From: Vicugna vicugna
Taxonomy: Eukaryota
DNA length: 64,000 bases
Assembly (NCBI GenBank): GCA_013265495.1
Contig: MU058065.1
Location: 62,001 to 126,000, forward strand
Direction of reading: 5' to 3'
The notes beneath the pieces were generated by a model. The model had not been told where the DNA came from, did not search any database, and was given only the letters and a program-made list of their open reading frames with translations. Positions 39,189-51,906 of this stretch are shown piece after piece (the stretch's first letter is position 1; the number at the start of each line of letters is the position of its first letter). A program made the position numbers and the translations under genes.

Positions 39189-42100
39189 ATTTAAGGAATT
39201 AAGGCAAATAGTCATAGAAGTAATACCTGAAATGATACCATAGTTCTGAATATTTATACCTTTATATTAGCCTTTATATACATTGAAAATGCACTTAAGT
39301 TGTGTTTTCCCAAAGCAAACAGGGAAGATGGTACCGACCTAGGGTTCTATGTGAAACCATAAAGTATATTTCTCGATATGTGAACTATACACTGCCTACT
39401 TCAGAATTAACTAAAGAGCTTATTTAAAATGTGCATGCTGGATTTGCATTAATTAGGTCTCAGGTGGCTCCTAGCAATCTGACTTTGTACAAACACCCTG
39501 ATCCCAGATGATTCTAAAACAGCCATTAATGTAGTGCCTCCCTTTGAGAATTTGCAGGCTATGTGGTCATTGCACTGCCAGCCTTAATTTCTGTATCTTC
39601 CCTATTCCCCCAGGCGGAGACAGCTGTGATTTAAAGAGGGTTAAATTTTGGATCCTTTGGGTTCCTGCTTGGTTGGGTGATCCAGAACACATCTGTGCTT
39701 TTGGGTCATTCAATTCCATAGTTACGGGTTGATACTTCATAATGACAAATGGCTGTCTCATTAGCTTGCAGTTTATGGTAGCTCAGTGTATGTCTTCATT
39801 TAGCTAATGTCTTAGTGGGTTATTTCCTCATGGCTCCCTACTGAGTATCAGTGTAATGTACCTGATCGGTGCCTAGTAAGTAATTTTTGATTGACTATTA
39901 TAATGCATTAATTAGAACATCGTCAACTAGGCCTACCAGATCAACTGTCTGTGACTGAACTGAATAATCATTTACTTTAACTCACTAGGCATTTATTTAA
40001 GCCAATAATTTGACCAATTTTTAGCTCTCAGAAAATTATTTGATGACATTCGACCAAATGAACCCATCCTCAAAATGATTAATATAACTTCTGACCTTGC
40101 CTGCTCTTATGTCCAAAGTAAACATATTATTAGGAGTATATAACTTGTTACGCACTCTTACCCTGGATAAAAACAGTGTCTTGAAAGTGTTATCATCACA
40201 CCATTTTAGACACTGGAAATATTAGCTATGGAAAATGCTGATAGACTGTGATGTTCAATGAACTACACATTTTAGCGTGCCTAGGGAAAACCACAATTGA
40301 AATGTAAATTGTCATTTTGCTTCAGTGAAGAAATGAACCAAAACGCAAATTTTCTTTTAAGAACATTGAGATCAGGAAAAGTTATTAGACCTGTGTCTTC
40401 TATCCGGTGTTCACAGCCTGTAAACAACAGCATTTTGGGTATGGGGCCCAGTTTAAGAGATTATTCATCCCTTAGCCTGGACCACAAGTAGGGATGTTTC
40501 TTAAATTATTCCAAGCACTATTAGACAAAAGAAATTTTTGACCTCCGAGGTAACCTTCTCTAAAAGATAAACTGATACTTCCTCGCCCATCTTGTCTTTT
40601 TTCATCATTTCCATTCTAGCCCAGTTAATGCAACCAGTTTTGAATTTCAAAATATTCAAATATGCTACTGGGGTTCTGGCCCCTGTGATGGGTCTTGAGT
40701 CCTCCCTCGCAGAGGTGAAGTAACATTAAATTTGTCACTGCCTTGTCTAAGTCAGCAAGATGGCACTGTATATTACCTTTAGAAATACTAAGAAGTCCAC
40801 AGGGAAGAAGGTGAAAAGAAGGTCAGCTACTGACATCAAATCAGGCTTCAGATGTGACGACACTTCGTCAGAGGCTTTGTAGCCTGCAAGTCAGCAGTTA
40901 CTGAATCCACCTCCCAGCTGAAGCCAGACACGTCGATAAAGGAAGCCCCACCTGCACAGCAATAGATGAGCCATCCGCATCCCTCACTGACTGGAGACAC
41001 AGGGTAGTTCCTTTTATAAAAGGAACTTAAAGCTATGAATGGCCTCTTTTATTTTCTGCTCCCTTCACCCCAAAGTGTTGACCATTATTTTAATATCTGA
41101 AGAACCCATGAATGTATTATAACTTAGAGAAAGATAAAAATTAACCTTTGGTAGACAGAGACCTGAAAATTATACTTTGAAAAATTCCTGGAGAACTCAG
41201 TCTTTCAGTTATTAAGCAACTGGACTAAAACAAACTTGAGTTTTGCTGGAAACAAATATAGTAACAACTCTTCAAATAAATTTTCCTCCATAGAACACAC
41301 TTAGCAAGAGTAGCTTAAAATAGAGTTAATAAAGTGGAACAGAAATTGCAAATTCTAATTTATACTTTTGCCTCCTATTATGTAAATAGAGTTCATAGTC
41401 TTTAGAATCAATCAACCTTGATATGCTTCAATTAATACAATATAAAAACTTCCAAAAGATTTCTATGTTACTTAGAGGAATCAAGCAGTAAAATATTCAG
41501 TGCATTTTTAAAGCTTGGATGAGATTTATTGTAACTATTATCTGATGCACTGATCCTTATTTTAGAAAAGAATCTCCACTCTAGATGAGAAGGGGGATTC
41601 CAAACGTCAGAGTCTAGGAAATTGTGATAAAATATTATTTTAGAAGTTAGAAAAAATAATTTTGACTATCCTCAGTGCAGAAATTAACTTGTATATTTAC
41701 TGATGGGAAATTTCGTGACAACAGCCAAGGTCAGTGACCAACAATTTGAGTTAATGAATAAGGATTAAGAGAAGAAAAATTAATTAGGTTAGGCTTGAGG
41801 AAAGCAAAGAACATAACTTCAGGCCAGTTGTACCTAAACTTGATCAGATGCATGCCCTTCAAAAGAATAGCGCTTTCTGGGGCCTCACCCTCCACGGGCC
41901 CAAAGCAGTTTCTGAAGATTCTTGCTGAGTGGCCAGGCTGTAGGCAGATCTGTCTTCTGAGGCTGAGCAGTTTCTGTAGCTAGTCATGTAGGCTACCAAA
42001 TAGATCAAGGCGCACACTGTGACTGCTAGTAACTGCCCATCCTCTGGGGGATGGCAAGGATGGAGGGTGGCTTGTGTGCTGCATGCTGGGCCGTGGCCCT

Positions 42101-44059
42101 GGACTCCTCTCCACTCTGTGCAAAATTCATCTTGACCACCTGTGTCAGCCTTGCTTACTTGGGGGCGTTGGGAACTGGCACAAACATGCTGACTTCTGGC
42201 TACCACTTTTTCTGTAATACAGTCTTTCTTAAAAAAAAAAAAAAAGATCAGATATCCTACCATCCTCTTAATTGCTCAGGATCAAAATCCCAGTTATCTT
42301 TGACTTCTCTTAGGACTTCCCCAAACATCCAATCTGTATTCAAAGCCCATCATCCACACCTCTCAATTTTTTTTGGCACCTATGCCTTCCTCTTCTTTCC
42401 ACCACCACAAACCTAGCCTAGACCCTCGTTACGTCAATTGGGCTTTTGAAACAGACTCTTAACTAGCCTGCCCTGCCCAAGGTTTCCATTTTATTCTGTT
42501 TTTCAGATTTGCTTGTGTGACTTCCCATGTTTATCATACCAAATGTTCATTATTAGCCAAATAATTCTAAACTCTTTGATCTGCATTCAAAGCCATCTGT
42601 GTGGACCCTCAAGGTTAATACAGTAACATTCAGTTCTACAGCGGAGTACTGAGCACATGGTGTGAATGATTCTCAAATGAAGAGGACGCTCTTCTCCTCA
42701 AAGAGTTTGTAGTCCCACTTCTTATAATAGAACCATGATAGTTACCAGGTGCTGAATCCCTTATGTGCATAATTTCATTTATAGAGATCTTCCAGTCCAC
42801 ATGGAATGCCTGTTTTTCTTCATGATTTTCTCACTATCGTTTGAATAGCCTCATGCCTGGAATGCTTCCTTCAAACATCTTTATTTAACACATATTTGTC
42901 TGGTAATACATTAACACATATAGCTGGAGATATTTAAGAAAAATTAAGTAAAGGCAAGAATCAACCTGGTAAACTCTTTTCTCTTCTTTAAGGGTGAAAT
43001 TTCTGTGATCCTCACCACGATGTGGTAGGCCTTGTTCTGCATGGGGTGGGAGATTGAAGGCGGAAGAGATGAATGGTGGGACTAATCCCATTTAAAACAC
43101 ATGTTTAAGGACAACAACAATGATGATGATGGCTAATATTTATTGAGCACTGATAATACATGTACTACTATCTGTTTAAAAATCTCACAATGACCCAGTG
43201 GGACACTATTATTATTCCCATGTTATTAATACTTGAGACATAAGGGAGGTGAGATAAGTTGTCAACATTTACAATGATGGTAAGTGTCAGAGCCAACTGA
43301 TCCAAGACAATCCAATCCTAAGGCCTAAATGAATTGACCCACAGGATATCAGGGTGCTCTGGCCAAAAGATAGAGAAAGTGAATGCTGGGTAGATGCCCA
43401 ATGAATTTCCATGTCAATTACCTCTCTGTCCCCAACCTCCTCTCTTCTAAACCCCCCACAACTACAAGAGTGATCTAGCCAACAAGAAAGTCCAACTTTG
43501 TCATTATCCTGATTAAACAATTTAATGGCTCTCACTGCTAGAGAGAGAAACCATTGTTATACATTGCTCTCTAGTGAAATTTTACAAGGTGGTGTGTACC
43601 TTAACTGCCAGTTTAAGAAAACCTCCACACCAAATCTAAGCACTTGTTACAGAAGGAAAAGCTTATTTAGTGATTTGTTTTATTAGCCTTTGTGAAGAGA
43701 ATCCTCACTGGATATTATTGATAGATGGTGTGTGAGGAAATTTAGTTTTTATCCACAGAAACCTGTCCTTGTTGTGGGGTGGGTATTACAGCAAAGTCAG
43801 GGGCAACCATGGAGGCAAAAGGGTGGACTGGTTAAACACAAGAGCTTTGGAGCCAGAGTTTGGAATTACAGCACTATGACTCTTGCAGCCTTATTTGCAG
43901 CAGCCTCAAGGGTGATTTGAGGAAAACGTCTTTCTCATAAAGTTGCTGCAAGGACTGAATGAGAAACATATTAAAGGGCTTAAAACAATGGCTACATAGA
44001 AATTCCCAAGCAAGTGATAACTATTACATATCATTAAAGTTTTCATTGTTCTATACTTG

Positions 44060-44600
44060 TTACATTAATTACAGTGGCTCAATTCAAGTAGTAATTCACA
44101 AATGTTGTTGAAAAAAAAAAAAAAAGAACCATAAGAAAACACGGGGAAAAAAGATTCCCTCTCCCAGAGGAAATCATTGCTAAGATTTCCTGTTTGTCCT
44201 TCTATAATTTTTCTGTGTGTAGAAAAATATACCTGTGCTTTTGAAAAACATAAATGATAGCATTTATAATATAGTTTCACACCTTGCCCTTTTTTCCTGT
44301 GAGGATTTTCTCATATTGACACACATAAATTTACTAAATTACCTTTAATGGTTATGCAGTATTTCAACATGTAAATGTGGCATAACTTATTTAATAAGTC
44401 CTCTATTGATGGGCATGTATTTGGTTTTCATTTTCTATGATGAAACACATTTCAATGAATATTCTTGTATGATTACTTCTATAGAATTCATTTATATAAG
44501 TACAATTGCTGGGTCAAGTGGTAAATGCATGTGAAGTCTTTATAGCTGTTGTTCAACTGCCTTCTGAACAGGTTGAAAGAATTTATACTCTTACTCATCT
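44060..44600 (-). mobile_element. Ancient L1 (L1ME-like) 3' fragment
   Basis: cataacttatttaataagtcctctattgatgggcat...aattgctgggtcaagtggtaaatgcat...aatttatactc. Confidence 0.6.
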
Positions 44601-46539
44601 GTAGTACAGAGAAGTTATTTAAATGCATTCCTTATAAACCACTGCAATTTTCTTAAGCCAGTTTTTCTCACTGTCCCAGAAAACCCCAAGCTAATTTCCT
44701 GCCTCTGTTCCTATAATTTTGTCTTGCTCCTAGCCTAGAATTACCTTTCTTTTCATTTGTCTATTTAAATCCTACCTATCTGCGTTAGTAGGACACACTC
44801 GGTTGTAAGTAACAAAATTCATATGAAATTAGCTTAAGGAAAATTAAAAGGGGAGGGGACAAAAACTGTTAAAAGGATTCTAGGTAGTTCACAGGACAGA
44901 AAGATGAGCTGCAGGTTCTAGGGCAGTTCCAGAGACCTAGGACTGAAGCCCGCACATACTCCTCTAATTAACCACTTCCAACTCCACAATCTCTGAATGA
45001 TTTCATTCTCTAATACGGTAGACTGGTAGGTCTTCTAACTGTCAAAATGTGAAAATTTACATAAAAGGTAGCACATTTTATACATGAAGCTTCAAAAGAT
45101 GTTTTGCAACTTCTGGCTTTCCCTACTTTTGGTGTCTCCTCAACTATCATTAGATGAAATTCAATGAAGAATTTCAAAAAACACTGACAGAATGTCCAGA
45201 AAAATCATTCCTCTCAAATATCAGGGAATCAGAATTCCACTGTCATTCTTTATAATAATGTATTTTAAGTGAAAGTTGTCCATCAGCAATTCCAGGATTA
45301 TTTTTTTCCCCACCTGCCTAACATTTTGGAAGTGCCCCTTCCTCACGCTCTCCGTGGTCCTGAACCACCCTCCACTTTAGAATCATTTGAAAAGTGGTAA
45401 GAGGGGAATTAGGGAATAAAGAAAGTGTTGAGGGACAAAAGAAAATATTTTTGTTTTGTCAGTTTTTAAACACTGTCAATTACCAGCAAAAAAATCACAA
45501 TTAACCTTGGCCAAACTGAACGAGAATAAACAATATTGTGGGAAACATTGTTATCTGTGCAAATGTCCCCATACACAAGCAAGGTCACATGGGGTAGTGG
45601 GCAGATCACCACTGGGCAGAGATGGGATGGGTCAACTACCATTTTCAGTTGACATATATCAAATTATACACGGATTTCCTTTATTTTTACTTTTATATCA
45701 TGATGGGAAAATTGTAGAATTAAAGCAATTATAGTCTCACAATTCACAGAGATGTGTTTAAGTATATTTTGTAGTTTTATAATGGTTCCAAGAATTGTGG
45801 TTTTTATTCTTTGGAAAATTGTGTGTCCACCCATGATACAGTCATTTTTTGTTTTACATAACTATATTGTTGGATATTGAATTATTTTGTGTAATATTTT
45901 ATTTCTTATTTTTTCAGATTAACACTAAACTATTTTGATATTTGTCCTTTGAATGCACTAAATTACTTCCCATTAATCTTTAAAAATAATTCAAGATAAT
46001 GTGGAAAGCTATTGTTTGTTTTAGAGAAGATTTTAAGTCAGTAAAATTTAATAAATCTAGAAGTAGATTTCTAGAAATAAACTTTCATCTGAAAATATTT
46101 TATTGGTAAAAATTAGGATATATTATCTTGGAAATCCTTGCTGTAAATCTCTCTATCCTTCTCTCTTCCCCTCCCCACCTCCCTTCTCCTCTCTCTCAAA
46201 ATTTTAAGAAATGTCTAGGAGTTTACACCTCAGCTACCAGAAGGCTAAAGTCCCTGGTAAGGATTAAGTAAATATAACATCAAATCTTTATTCTCATGGA
46301 AATGTTTCAAGTTAAAATTATTTAGGAACTATGAAATGTGTTGCCATAATTATCCATGTAAGCACTACAGATTTGTCACACATATTTAGTGTGCTGTACA
46401 CATCTAAAGAGTGGGCTGATTTCCCTGAAGAATCCAATTATACCCTGAGCATTTTGTGTGCACCCGTGATCAATGTTGATCAGTTTTACAAATAACACAA
46501 TTAGGCTAAAACCTAGGCCAAGTCCAAGGTCTCCTCTGG

Positions 46540-48425
46540 TTTAACCATCAGCAACAACTAGTTGTTGACCTCTCTCCTCCTTTGCCTTACAGAGAACAAC
46601 CTTACTAGTTGCTTTTCCAGTCTCTTTGGTTGGTCCCTTTGTTCCATTCTGTTCTTGACTTTCTCTCTCTTAATGACCTTGTCCCATATTTTGGGCTTTA
46701 AATCCTGCATATGCTGAAAACCTTCATATTTACATCTTCTGCCCAGACCAGCCTTTTCAACTGCAATTTTATACATTCAAATGACTACTTGATATCTCCA
46801 CTTACGGGCTTGACAAGCATCTGAAACTCAATAGATACAGAACTGAATCTTCTTGATCTGTCCCCATTATCACTCTACCTGTTTGCCCACAGTCTTTTAA
46901 TCTGTGGTAGTTTTTTTTTTTTTTAATGGCCACTGCTCTTTGTTATTCATCCTGTGAAGAAGAATGGTGTAGGTTCCCTCCCCTTTAACCTGGCTGGGTG
47001 TGGTGACTGCTTTAACCCAGCAGAGTACATACAGTAGAAGCAAAGCGCCATGATTTCTGAAATGAGGTCATGAAAGACTACACAACTTCTGCCTGGTTCT
47101 CTTGGAACACCTCCTCTTGGCATGTTCACTCTTGGGATGTTTAGTCCGCTGACTCCTTTGGAATTCAACCTCCATGCGGTGAGCAGCTCAGCCACATGGA
47201 GAGACCAGGTGTAACTGCTCTGGTTGATCTAGCCTTTCAGTCATCCCAGCCCAGATTCCAAACACATGAATGAAGGAACTTCCAGATTATTCCAGGCTCC
47301 AGCCAATCAAGTTGCCTGCAGCTTTTCATGCCATCCCAGCCAGGGTCCCAGACATCATGGAGCAAAGACAAGTCATCCCCACAGTGCCCTGTCTGAATTC
47401 CTGACTCAGAATCCTAGAGCATAATAAAGCGACTGATGTTTTACAATACTTGCTTTGGAGTGGTTTGTAAACCCAGCAACTGAAAACCGACATGCTATCT
47501 CAGTTGAAGGCAATTTTATCTTTCTAGTTGCACAGATAGAAAAAAGCAGTACCTTTTTGTCTCATGTCACATCCAAATCACCTACAAATCCCGCTGATTC
47601 CACCTTCAAAATATATTCAGAATTGGACCACTTCTCACCATCTCCTCTGCTGGCTGGATCTCCATCTCCTGATTGGATTTCTGCAATAGCCTTTTAACAG
47701 GTCTTTCAGCTTCTGCCTTTATTCCTGCCTCCTCTCCCACCAACAGTCTACTCCCAACAGAACTGCCAGAATGAGTCTTTAAAATATGTCAGATTATGTC
47801 ACTGCTCTGTCAAATGCCCTCCCACCCTGCAGTGGCTTCCTGTCTCATTCAGGGTAAGAAACAAAGTCCTTAAAAAGGCCCACGTGATCTTTATGATTTC
47901 ATCCATTGTTCTGTCTCTCATCTTTCTTCCCTCTTTTCTCCCTCCCTTCTCTTTGCTTCAGCCATACTACCTTCCTTACTGCCCCTTGAAAGTGCCAAGC
48001 ATGCTCCTAACTTGGGCCCTTTGCACTGGCTATTTCCTCTGCATGGGACACTCATCACCACTTTCTAGTTGGCTACTTAGCTCACCTCTTTCTGGTCTCA
48101 ACTCAGTGTCAGTCACCTTCTTGACCGAAGCTTACCGGGACCACCTACTTATAATAGGTACAACCCTCTGCTGCCACCAGCACTCAATCCTCCTTATCTT
48201 GATTTAATTTATCTTCTCTTTTCTTCCATAGCCCTTAGCACTTTTTCACATACTAGGTAGTTTCATCATTTAAGTTGCTTAATTTTATTGCCTTTTGTCT
48301 TTATTTACTAGAATTGAAGCTCCGTGAAAGCAGATACTTGTCTGCTTTGTGCTTTAAGTACCTCAAGCCCCTGAAACAGTGACTGACACATAGTAAATTC
48401 TCAATAAATATTTGTTGAGTAAATA
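46540..48425 (+). mobile_element. L2 LINE 3' portion, interrupted by an MLT1 LTR
   Basis: L2 hallmarks tcagattatgtcactgctctgtcaaa...gtggcttcctgtctcattcagggtaagaaacaaagtcct and 3' end gacacatagtaaattctcaataaatatttgttgagtaaataaatg. Confidence 0.75.
46903..47492 (+). mobile_element. MaLR LTR (MLT1G/H-like) nested in L2
   Basis: tgtggtag start; cccagacatcatggagcaaagacaagtcatccccacagtgccctgtctgaattcctgac; end ggagtggtttgtaaacccagcaactgaaaaccgaca. Confidence 0.7.
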
Positions 48426-50058
48426 AATGCAGGAGAATTAGCCCCTAGAAGTTCAATTTCCTAGTACTTGCAGAAATTTATGTTTCGTAAATTGAGAAAT
48501 ACAAAATAGTCACATTTTATCTGGTTTGAAGGAAACATGTTAATAAAACTAATATAAATTTTTAATAAGTAACTCGTTTTTAAATGTCTCCTTTATCAAA
48601 GAGGACAGTTCCTTTCTTATTTAGGCTCAATCCAAAATGAATGCAGAAACAAAATATAAATTTACCTGAATATATTTTAGATACCTTTATGTCTACTTCA
48701 TCTCCTTCCCCCAGATACTTTATAAACAGTGCAAAGTAAATGACATTAACTCATTATTAAAAATACAATAAAGCTGGGAAGTGATAATAAATATCTCTAA
48801 TTTTGAAAAAACTACATTCAGTGTTCTTCATTTGCCCTTTCACCTGTACTTAGATTTTCACTGTCAAGATACATGGAAAACTTAAGTGCATAAGATTTCA
48901 TTGTTTAGCAGGTACAGATTAACTACAGCTTGAAAAAAAAGCAGTGGAAAAATCAAATTTGGCTGGTACCCAAAATGATGTTTAAGGGAACTAGACAGAC
49001 TCCACTGAAAAGTGATGTGAAGGAGTCCTACGGAGAGCAGAGTCAAGGAACTAGATGACCGCTGTTTTGTTTTTGAATTTAGAAATACGCATGCAGCAAG
49101 GAAAACAGTAAGTCAAACTGTTTTCACACTGTAGGTCACGACACCTGTATGTGCTTGGTATTGAGTTTAGTGGGTCTTAGCAAGCATTAAAAGAAAAAGA
49201 GCATGAGAGCAAGAGAGGGGGAGAGAAAGAAGAGCAGAAGGACCTGAGTGTGTTGCAAAGAGTAAGAATAGTTGTGTTTCAGTTGCGTGTGTGTGTGTGG
49301 ACAGGGCTTGAGGTACAATGTGTTCGTAAATATATTTTTACTGCAGGTCATGATCGGTTTGTAAGTTTGTAAGTAAATGCAGTAGAATATTTCTGAATAA
49401 AACTATTAAGCAGACTTGTAACAATTATGGGAGGTCAAGCCACATGTATTTCATAATATCCTCATTTAAAATATATGGTTTTAGACAGAGGCTAATGAGT
49501 GGTTTTCAAATCTTAGCACACATAAAACTCCTGGGAGGAGGGGTGGGACATAGGGCAAGGGCACAGTCACCTATAAAGTGTCTGGTTTAGTAGGGTCAGG
49601 GGTAGGACAGAGGAGGAAGCTTTGAGTTTAACAAGCCCCCAAGTGATTCTGATGTGGGTGGCCCTCTGCCCATGTGAAGAGCCACACCAGGCAACAGCAC
49701 AGGTAGCAATGTAATTACAAATGTCTTGAGTTCAAATTAACCCATATCTTCCTAATCCACACCTAACAAATCTCCTAAACTCCCAGTTTTCTTTTTTAAT
49801 GAAGCACCTTGAAGTCATGAGCCTCAGTTTGAGAAACTATTAAAAAAAAAAAAAGAAAGGAAAAGGAAAAGAAATAAGATGATTGTAAATCTTGTAATTA
49901 ACAGGGTGATTGCAAGGGGGTGTGAGAAAAGTGAGGGTTGGGGTGATCCAGTGATTCTTTGTTAATAAAACCAACTAGTTTTAACTCTAGAGCCCCTAAT
50001 AGAGGGTACTGAAAATTCATCACTACATCAATTTCTATTAAAAAAACAAATAAGTAAA

Positions 50059-50651
50059 CTCTAATTCAAAAAGATACATGCACCCACCTCAATGTTCATA
50101 GCAGCACTATTTACAATAGCCAAGACATGAAAGCAACCTAAATGTCCATTGACAGAAGACTGGATAAAGAAAATGTGGTATATATACACAATGGAATATT
50201 ACTCAGCCATTAAAAAGAATGAAATAATGCCATTTGCAGCAACATGGATAGACCTAGAGAGTATTATACTAAGTGAAGTAAGTCAGAAAAAGACAACTAT
50301 CACATGGTATCACTTATATATGGAATCTAAAAAAATAATACAAATGAACTTATTTACAAAACAAGAATAGACACACAGATGTAGGAAAAAACTTGTGATT
50401 ACCAAAGGGGAAAGATGGGGAGGGATAAATTAGGAGTTTGGGATTAACAGATAGACACAATAACATATGAAATAACAAGGACTTACTATATGGCACAAGG
50501 GAACTATATTTAATAACTTGTAATAACCTGTAGTGAAAAAGAATCTGAAAAAGGATATATATGTATGACTGAATCACTTGGTTATATACCTGAAACTAAC
50601 ACAACATTGTAAATCAAATATACTTCAATAAAAAGTTGTTTTGGAAAAAAA
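50059..50651 (+). mobile_element. 5'-truncated younger L1 3' end (artiodactyl type)
   Basis: ORF2 C-terminus WIKKMWYIYTMEYYSAIKKNEIMPFAATW; 3'UTR gactgaatcac...cctgaaactaacacaacattgtaaatcaa; AATAAA 50627-50632; A tail; imperfect TSD aaataagtaaa (50048-50058) / aaacaagtaaa (50652-50662). Confidence 0.9.
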
Positions 50652-51790
50652 AAACAAGTAAAGTTGAAGAATTATTTAGAAGACATTTTTTGGTTATCAA
50701 ATTTTAGACTGAGCGCACTGAACCAAAAAAAAACAAACTTTAGAATGAATGATAGGGCAAAATCAACAAGGGTTGTTATAAAGTTTACAAATTCTTGTAG
50801 GCATGTGCTTTTCTAGATAAGATATATGCCTTTTCAAATACAAAAAACAGCTGAGGTTTCTTTCTTTAGAGTAAATGACCAAAAGATTTGGTGGCACTAA
50901 GATGACAGATTGCATGACAAACTCCCAATCCTTATCGAAGAATGCAAAAGAAAATGAAAATACAATTATTAAAGAAATCAAGAACATTAAAAAAAGAGAG
51001 AAAGCAAATCTCTTAGATATGTGTCAGTTATTAGTGACTAATCTAAAAAATCACCAATCAGTAAAATTTCTGAAATGGAAAAAAATAGTGGCCTAGAATT
51101 TTCACCTTCTCCCTCTCCTTCACCCACATCCATCAGTATATTTTATGCTTTATTTACACCAAAAACAACAAATGTTTTGAAGTCATCTGTTGAAAGTATT
51201 AGTGTCTTTCTGAAATCTTGTTCCCAAGGTATTTCATTAATTTTCCTTTGGGCCTAAGCCAATGATTCTTAAATTTTAGTGTAAATAACAATCTCTTGGA
51301 ATACTACTTAGAATGCATTCCTTGAGGGGCCCAGCGTTCTCTAAGAGGTTCTGGTTCGATAGGATTTGAATATAGCCAGAAGCTTGCATTTTTAATCACA
51401 CCTTGGAAAACACTAATGCAAATGTTTCCGAGAGAATAGCTCTTCACATTTGTCAGAAAGAGTTGATACTTGTGATTGAAAAGAGAAACTCCAATGCAGT
51501 GATGTCTCAGTCAGGAAGAGTTTTCATATTGCTGTTGTTCTTGGTATGTATATAATACTAAAATGTAAGTATCCTGCTTGCATTTCACAGCACCACAGTA
51601 TCGCGCCTTTAAACTAACCATCCATCACCTAGAACTGCACTACAGAAAGGGTGGTGCCCACACCCACCCAGTAGAATCAGCATCGCGGGGAGTATGTTAA
51701 CAGCACAGAACCTCAGTCTGCCCTAGACCTTCAAAAGCCCAACTTGCATTAACAAGATCCTCATGTTTGAGATGCATGGCTCCAGCAGAT

Positions 51791-51906
51791 TCTAAATCTA
51801 AACGTGACTTTCTGGCTCACTTTTAATTTCACTATTTCACATTTTAATCTAAGTCTAAATGTGACTTTCTGGCTCACTTTTAATTTCACTATTTCACATT
51901 TTAATC
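51791..51906. repeat. Tandem duplication, 2 x 57 bp
   Basis: 51791-51847 and 51848-51904 differ at 2 positions. Confidence 0.95.

Noticed and set aside
50149..50370. 73-aa ORF as a gene
   Set aside because: L1 ORF2 C-terminal remnant.
50875..51096. Lys/Asn-rich 73-aa ORF
   Set aside because: A-rich composition, no recognisable homology.
51791..51906. CRISPR-like or coding repeat
   Set aside because: Two adjacent copies without spacers in a mammalian genome; the repeated peptide only reflects 57 being a multiple of 3.
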